This document shows positions 54,101-60,000 of a DNA stretch of 60,000 bases, in pieces. A model generated the notes under the pieces. The model had not been told where the DNA came from. It saw nothing but the letters and a program-made list of their open reading frames with translations, and did not search any database. Each line of letters begins with the position of its first letter. Position 1 is the first letter of the stretch. Position numbers and translations under genes: made by a program. The DNA comes from Vicugna vicugna (taxonomy: Eukaryota), in the NCBI GenBank assembly GCA_013265495.1, contig MU058714.1:1862001-1922000 (forward strand), given 5' to 3'.

Positions 54101-57100
54101 GGTTTCTCAGGTTTACATCAGTTAGTCCACTTTTGGTGAGAGGCAAGCCAAATATCAGTTGAAACTAGCCCGATGGAAACACCCTAGAGGGGATTTAGTA
54201 AAACAAACGCTGGCTTCAGGCAAGCAGCTAGAACACTCGCTGAGAACCTCCACTGCAATCACAGCAGCCTTTCCTGAGCCTGTTGGTGGGAACAAAATCC
54301 AGGTCTGCACACAAAAATCTGATGAACCTGTTCCTGACTATTATAATCGACTTCAAATTGTTTTTAAAGAAAGTTCTGGTTTTCCTTCAGAGAGTGAAGC
54401 CCCTCAGACAGCCTTTAATTCCACACTAGCAAATGGGCTGAACCAGATCTTTCTCTTTTAGATAAAAGGACAAGGTGGGGGAGGGGGATAAAATAGGAGT
54501 TTGGGATTAACAGACACACACTACTGTACATAAAACAGATAAACAACAAGGACCTCCTGTAGAGCACAGGGAACTGTATTCAATTTCTTGTAATGAGCTA
54601 TGATGGGAAAGAATTTGAAAAAAAATGTATGTATAACTGAACTGCTTTGCTGTACACTTTAAACTAACACCAAATCGACTACACTTCAATAAAAAATAAA
54701 ATTAAAAAAAAAGGACAAAGGTGGGGAAATGACATTCACTCTAGATTTAGTTAACCTGGCAAACCAGCTCACTCGAACCCAAGAAGTCATCTAGAAGAAA
54801 GACCACTAAATTCTTAATCTTCAGCTCCTGCAAAGGCCCCTGAACGAAGCCAAACACCTTCTAGGTTCTGCTGTCTTGCAAAGGGCCAGGACGCTGGACA
54901 AGGCCTGTTACAAGTTCAGGCATTCTGGGTGCCTTCAGGCGTCCAGACAGCCTTTCCAACCTCTTCCCAACTCCCAGTCAGGGGCTCCGAGGAACGACAG
55001 GGGCCCCTCCAGCCGTCTCTGAATCAGCTCAGAGAAGCCCCTCTGCAGACTGGGAACCCACTTGTCTGTCCTTGCTGACAGCAGAGCCTCTCTCAGCGCT
55101 CGACGCTCCCCCCACGCCCCGCTATAAAGCAGACCCTGCCTCACACGCTAACGTGGCCCAGGTAGTCGGGGGTCCCCAGGGAACCTCAACGGGGCCCTGG
55201 ATCTGAACCTGCTCCCTTCGCTGAGGCCCTCTGAGAGACACACCTTTCCCCTTAGCTCCTCCACCCCATTCGTTTACTAGGCTGAGACTTCTTGGGAGAG
55301 TATCATGTGGGAACCTCTTTCTCTCCAAACAGGGAAATAGTTTTAAAATCTGACAGTTGCCATGAAAACAGCCAAACAGGTGAATTAAACGGCCCTCTGG
55401 CCTCTTTTATTTGCTCGTCCCCAACAGTCCTGGAGCTCATTCTGGAAGCACTGATTATTTTGTCCCCAGAATCAACTGCAAAATCTCCAACTGATGCTGG
55501 CAAAGTCCACAGTGCACCTCCTGTCCACATTCAGACGTCCCCCGAGACCCCTGCCCGGAACCCGCCAGGGCCCTGCAAGTAGAGGAGCCCTCAAGGCAGA
55601 GAGCCCCCGACACACGGCTCTGAGGCTGGCGCCAGGGCCTGTGATCGTCCTCCTCCACCTGCGAGAAAACCCAGGCTCCCTCCCTTGCATGTGGCTCACC
55701 GCGGGTGCTCGTCCCAAACTGCAATTCTCTGCTGCTCCCCAGTGAAGCCATTTTGCTAGGAAAGTGACCGGCCATTTTTCTGTCTGGGTTAACACTCCCA
55801 GTCAACGTGAGTGAGACAGAAAGCCTGAGCCTGTAACGGCAGCACATCTAGCGACTGAGCACACCGATACCGCCAGCCCTCGACACCACTGGGTGTGGCC
55901 ACTCACTCCGATAGGAAATTCCACCTTAGAAAGTGCAGCTAGTGAACAAGAGAGAATAAAATAAATGCTTAAGAAAACAGGGAAAGAACAGCCAAGTAAA
56001 CCCAAGGAAAGGAATGAACAAAGATGAAACGGAACCTTCTGATAAAGACACAGGAATCCACCCCCGGCTCCGAGCAGCTGCCTCTGAGGAAGCCCCCGGA
56101 CAGGCGCAGAGAAATTCCATACACGTCCGTGCGTACGTTGAGAAACGCTGCCTAGCTGTAAAATGACTATAACTCAAAGAAACTTATAAAAAAAAAAAAA
56201 AGAGCCCAGTGCAATGGTTTAATGGGTGGGGGGTGGGGATCTTAAAAAAAGAAAGAAAGAAAGAAACACTGTCTAACACGCTGCAGAAGAGATAAGAAGT
56301 GGGAAGAGGCAGCATTTAAAGAAACAGTGGCTGAGAATTTTAAAGAGTGGAAAAGGCAACCAGCAAGTCTCAAGTCTTCACACACGGATCCCTGAGCAGC
56401 TCAGATGGAGGCGGGCAGCCCCGGGTGGACGCGGGACGGCACACGGGTCTGCGGGACAGGAGCGGGACCGGGTCAGGAGGAAAACCTCAGAGCAGCCAGA
56501 GAGGGGGGGGCCCCCACTCCCGCCCCCAACGAGGAAGGGGCTCAGACTGATGCCCGCTTCTCCGAAGACAGTGGAGTGCTGTGTTTAAGAATGTTGTAAG
56601 AAAAGGCCAACACAGAGGCCTCTTTCCAGTTGCACCATCGTTGCAGAAAGTAGGCAAAATAAAATCGTTTTAGGAAGACACAGAGAGTTCGCTGCCCACA
56701 GACTGTCCCTGAAAGAAAGACCCGTTCCCCGGACGGAAGGCCCTTCCCTCCCCGGACCCTCAGAAGACGCGCAGCGTGGCAGGGCGCTGACGCCGAGGAG
56801 CAAACGTGGGAAGAGCCTCAGCTGACCGGTTCACAAATGTGCCTGGAAATCACTGCTTCGGAGTCAGTAGGGTTCACCGTGGGGTTCTGGGTGCGTATGT
56901 GTGACTACAGTCAATGACTGAAACGTGAAGGAGTGTTTTACTACCTGTGTAACCGTGCCTAAGAGAGCACGCGGCGGCCCCTAGCCACTCAGAAGGAATG
57001 ACGCGAGACCCCGGTCTGTTCTTTTTCACCAAGTCGGGAGAACGACCCGGTACTGAGACACCAGCGGCCAGAACACACAGACGCAAATTTAAACACAAGT

Positions 57101-59928
57101 TACAGCGATGAACCACGCCACCTCATGGAGTCGGCAGAAACCATTTCCTAATGAACATCTAGCTTTTGTGACATGCTTTCCCTGCGCAGATGGCCGGCGC
57201 TCCCCCGAGGGGATGGCCTGCAGAGCAGACTGGGGCCGCGGGACACGCGTGTGTGGCGTCCTTCGGCAGGCGTGTGCGCCCGGCTCAGCCACGTGGGAGC
57301 CCGAGCACAGTCAGGAACCTGTGTTCCCGTACAGCTGAACAATTTCTCAGCCTTCATTTAAATTTTTACAGGGGGAGGGCGCAGCTCAGTGGTGGAGCGC
57401 GTGCCTAGCACGCACGAGGTCCTGGGTTCACTCCCCAGTCCCTCCTCTAAACATAATCAAATAAACGAACCTAATTCTCTACCCCTCAAAAGTTTCTAAA
57501 ATTAAATGAAAAATAATATTTACAGTGAGAAAACAGCTTTTATAATCAGAGGAAAACCGAAGGCCTTTTAAAGCACGTTAGCTGCCCCGTGCCTCGTCTC
57601 TCTGACATTCTGGAAAAGGCCAGACCACGGACCCAGTGGGACGGTCAGGGGTCGTCCGGGGTGGGGGAGGGACACCTGGCACTGCAGAGGGCGTCAGGCA
57701 GTGGAAACATCTGTATGACACTATCGTGGGACCCTGTCTTCACGCTTCTGTCCAAGCCCAGACCCACCCCACCAGGACCAAGGGTCCAGGTGTCGATGCA
57801 TCGAAGCAGCTCATGGTTGTGACAGATGCCCCAGCCGGTGAGGACGTCGTGACAGGGAGGCTGTGTGTGCGCGGCAGAGGCGTGTGGGCAGTCTGCGCCT
57901 TCTGCTTAACTGTGCTGTGCACCTGAAACTAACCCCCCAGAATAAAGCCTTCGAGGCCTGTTAGATGTTAAGGCCCTGCGACCCATCACCTCAAGGACTC
58001 CCGGCTGTGTGCTGGGTCCGAGGAAGGAAAAGCAGAGCCGGGGGCAGGAGGAGGGGCAGGGGGCAGGGGTGTGAGGGCACCAGAGCCTCCGTCCACGCCG
58101 CTGGCCGCCCGTCTCTGGGCCCCCACCCCCGCAGGCTGTGCTGGAGACGCTGCGGTCTGGGCCTCGTCCACAGCAGGTGGTGTGCTGGTCTCTACTTGGG
58201 AGGTGGGGGGGCACTCAGAGCCGGGCGGATGCGACGTAAACAGGGACTGGGCCACCTGCGGACACTGCCCCCACCCCCTCTGCCTGTCTGGAAACGTGGA
58301 TCTGGGGGCCTGGACCCAAGAGGGAGGCCCGTGGCTGGCGCAGGGGCCTGACCTGGTCCGAGGGGGATGTGGACTGAAGGCTGGACAGGTGGCGGCAGGT
58401 CTGGGTCTGCTCCGCCAGGGCCCCGAGGAATGAGGTCCCTTCCCAGCAGCAGACAAGCGAGGACAAGCCTCAGGGCGGGTCCTGCCTGGCGGCGCTGAAA
58501 CCAGAGGTAGCCAGAGCAGGTGTGGCTGGACGGTCTTAAGGTTTTCATATTGCTCGGTGACGACGAGGTACTTCTGTCATGGCGGGTCATTCTGTCCCAC
58601 TGAATGACGGCAGCCACACAGTTTACGAACCAGATAAACCATCTTTGTGAAAAAACGCATAGACTAGTCTTGCCAAACGCCCCTGCTGTCAGGTCCAAAC
58701 ACCCGTCGGGGAGCCTAGAAACCTTTGGCCCCGTGGTGCACGGGGAGGGGTGGCTGACCCAGAAGGAAACAGACTGTGCCGTTGACACAAACTGCAGGCG
58801 AAGCAGAGGTTCCCAGAGCAAAGCCCGCCCTCCTCCACTGTCTTCTCCCCGCGCTCCTCCCCCAGGCCCCCGGGCACACATGCACCACGCTGCGGTGAGC
58901 CGCCTGGCGCACGGAGTGTGGTCGGAGGGCCAAGCTGGTCCTCCCCGCGCGGCGAGAGCGCCCAGCCCCGCACGCCTGGCAGTCCTGGGGGCTCCTCCTG
59001 GATGTGCCGCCGGGCCCCCCGCGGGCGCCCTTTCTGGGCGCCGGTCCTTTTTCCCAGCAGGTGTGTGGGAGACACTCCCCCAGCCTGTTACGGGCTTTCT
59101 CTGTGTTCTCGACGGCTCTTCCTTAGAGACGCTTTAAAACGTAATGGCGTCAGATCTGTGGATCTTTGACTTTCCCATGTCTAGCTGTTTTAAATTAGGC
59201 CTGTTTGTCTGTTTGCTGGAGGAGCTGGGGATTGAACCCAGGACCTCTTCTTGCACACTAGGCATAGGTTCACGGAAAAAGTTCATTGGAAGGAAAGCCA
59301 GAGGGAGCAGGAGGAAGGTCTGGGCCTTGGGGACCCAGGAGGTCACCCTGGCAGAGGCAGGGCTTGGCTTGGAGGCCAAGGTCAAAGAACAGCAAAGTTT
59401 AGACGCGTGGGCGGGGAATCGATGGGATTAAGACAAGACAGGGAGCCCTAAGGGCTGTTGGACGCAGGCAGCAGGGGCAGAGGGCACGGCCCGAACGCCC
59501 TGGGGACAGGCCGCCTCTGCGGCCGTCACAGGAACCTGCCGTGTTCCGCTCACACATGCTGCCAGGGGAGTGGGTTCACGGGGCTCTGCGTGGGGCCTCG
59601 CCTGGCTGCCCTTCTGCTCCCCCTCCGGCTCTCGGGGGGTCTGGGTCAGGCCCCCACCTCCGCTGGGCACCCCCTCCCCAGGGCACCTCTGGGCGCTCTG
59701 CATCCACCGTGCGGGAACCCGGCGGGGCAGGCGGCACTCTGGGCGGGACTCACTGGCGAGGTGGCCAAGCTCCGCGCGGAGCCGGTTCCCCATCTCCAGG
59801 AGCTGCTCCTTCTCCTGGCGCAGCCGCAGGATTTTCCTGGCTGCCTCCTTGAGTTTCCTCTGCAGGAAAACGGCCTTCGGGGTCTGCGCCCCCTGGTCCT
59901 CGGTCCCCGTGGGTCCTGCGTCTCTGCC
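29948..59928 (-). CDS. CCDC57: Coiled-coil domain-containing protein 57, 3' part (last five coding exons; gene continues beyond the window)
   Basis: Exons 59754-59928, 47244-47344, 45684-45803, 45112-45328 and 29948-30150 splice in frame (phases 1,0,0,1) with GT-AG. Peptides [39 protein letters not shown] and C-terminal [12 protein letters not shown] match CCDC57; syntenic with FASN. Confidence 0.92.
32052..32273. repeat. Local direct duplication, copy 2 (in CCDC57 last intron)
   Basis: Aligns to 29557-29799 with a ~20 nt internal deletion. Confidence 0.9.
32780..33860 (+). mobile_element. Old L1 ORF2 fragments with a younger L1 3'-end piece (~33265-33420)
   Basis: A-rich; gcaaggctggttcagtatcagaaa and atgattatctcaatcaatgcagaaaaa (L1 RT region); caatatcttgtagtaacc..ccagaaactgacacattgtaa (L1 3' end). 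Confidence 0.75.
35402..35498 (-). mobile_element. tRNA-derived SINE (Vic-type)
   Basis: (TTTA)n..gattgaacccaggacctc..agctataccctccccc. Confidence 0.85.
35925..36006 (+). mobile_element. Degenerate tRNA-derived SINE
   Basis: tagctcagtggcagggtgcttgcttagtgtgcatgaggtcctgg. Confidence 0.7.
38180..39163 (+). mobile_element. ERV1-class solo LTR (degenerate, possibly composite)
   Basis: 5' ccagaatacccaccaccaaagtatg; CATAAAA box ~38892; 3' cgctcttgaattctttcctgtgcgaagccaaggaccc; ends ..catCA. Family assignment from memory. Confidence 0.55.
41670..41890 (+). mobile_element. Ancient L1 3' fragment
   Basis: atgaaataccatgtttcacctatcagataggcaaa..ctctgacccagcaattt. Confidence 0.55.
44347..44460 (+). mobile_element. 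tRNA-derived SINE (Vic-type, diverged)
   Basis: gggggagggtgcaggtcagc..tgggttcgacccccagcacctcc. Confidence 0.75.
45112..45328 (-). CDS. CCDC57: CCDC57 penultimate exon
   Basis: [37 protein letters not shown]; 217 nt, AG/GT. Confidence 0.9.
45684..45803 (-). CDS. CCDC57: CCDC57 exon
   Basis: [27 protein letters not shown]; 120 nt, phase 0/0. Confidence 0.78.
46248..47138 (+). mobile_element. 5'-truncated LINE-1 with 12-bp target-site duplication
   Basis: ORF2 C-terminal region plus 3'UTR; TAAAATTGTGTT at 46236-46247 and 47139-47150. Confidence 0.9.
47244..47344 (-). CDS. CCDC57: CCDC57 exon
   Basis: [33 protein letters not shown]; 101 nt, tttctag| and |gtaaca. Confidence 0.85.
49097..49545 (+). 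mobile_element. ERV1-class solo LTR
   Basis: TG..CA termini, TATA-like cctatacac ~49398, and AATAAA ~49495 shortly before the terminal ..gtcaaCA. Confidence 0.7.
49779..51079 (+). mobile_element. Relatively young 5'-truncated LINE-1 (~1.3 kb)
   Basis: Well-preserved ORF2 C-terminus ([62 protein letters not shown]), 3'UTR, AATAAA and poly(A). Confidence 0.95.
51081..51101. repeat. (CAG)7 microsatellite
   Basis: Directly after the L1 poly(A) tail. Confidence 0.9.
53566..53670 (+). mobile_element. tRNA-derived SINE nested in ERV gag, 12-bp TSD
   Basis: AGACAGCCATGG at 53554-53565 and 53671-53682; A/B boxes; (AAAC)n tail. Confidence 0.88.
54481..54708 (+). mobile_element. L1 3'-end fragment nested in ERV gag with TSD
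   Basis: ggagtttgggattaacaga..acacttcaataaaaa, flanked by aaaaggacaa(a)ggtgggg on both sides. Confidence 0.85.
56230..56760 (+). mobile_element. Ancient L1 ORF1-region remnant
   Basis: gcagcatttaaagaaacagtggctgagaatttt and similar degenerate ORF1 motifs. Confidence 0.5.
57371..57490 (+). mobile_element. tRNA-derived SINE (Vic-type)
   Basis: ggggagggcgcagctcagtggtggagcgc..cctgggttcactccccag..cctaatt. Confidence 0.85.
57590..57930 (+). mobile_element. Ancient L1 3'-end fragment
   Basis: tgacattctggaaaaggc..ctgtatgacactatcgtgg..gtgcacctgaaact. Confidence 0.55.
59203..59262 (-). mobile_element. Partial tRNA-derived SINE
   Basis: ctggggattgaacccaggacctc..gcacactaggca. Confidence 0.7.
59754..59928 (-). 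CDS. CCDC57: CCDC57 coiled-coil exon
   Basis: [45 protein letters not shown]; 175 nt, ttcacag| and |gtgagt. Confidence 0.92.
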
Positions 59929-60000
59929 CTGTGAACAAACCCCTGCATCAGTCAGTGTCGGACAGGCCCTCAGCTGGAAAAGGGGACACGAGTGTGGCCT

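Larger units (their letters stand above)
52501..55794 (+). mobile_element. Degenerate ERV1 (gamma-like) provirus: 5' LTR ~52501-52899, gag/pro/5'-pol remnants, partial 3' LTR ~55670-55794
   Basis: The LTR ends share cttgcatg..ccattttgct..taaCA; AATAAA 52858; PBS-like agaggtcccccagagat. Matrix-like [20 protein letters not shown], capsid MHR-like [16 protein letters not shown], zinc-knuckle remnant ~54870-54910. Confidence 0.75.

Overview
GC-rich mammalian genomic DNA, most likely camelid (about ten tRNA-Ala-derived SINEs of the camelid Vic type, plus young L1 3' ends). The window matches the DUS1L-FASN-CCDC57 block known from human 17q25.3, with all three genes on the minus strand. Layout: CpG island with a probable DUS1L first exon (1-~950, assigned by synteny only); repeat-filled spacer (~1.3-8.4 kb); complete fatty acid synthase gene FASN (~8570-26820); FASN CpG-island promoter (TATA, E-box/SRE, Sp1, NF-Y, SRE-1, LXRE) with a 36-N gap; and the last five coding exons of CCDC57 (29948-59928), whose introns hold L1s, SINEs, solo LTRs and a deleted ERV1 provirus with nested insertions. 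I resolved FASN by hand into 41 coding exons plus 1 non-coding exon, all GT-AG, totalling 7536 nt (2511 aa) with catalytic motifs intact. Points worth a second look: precise loss of the last FASN intron; a ~230 bp hairpin-rich local duplication of the CCDC57 3'UTR/poly(A)-signal region into its last intron; non-conservative FASN substitutions; and a candidate distal FASN enhancer island. I found no convincing novel biological system, and most ORFs in the track are GC-content artefacts.
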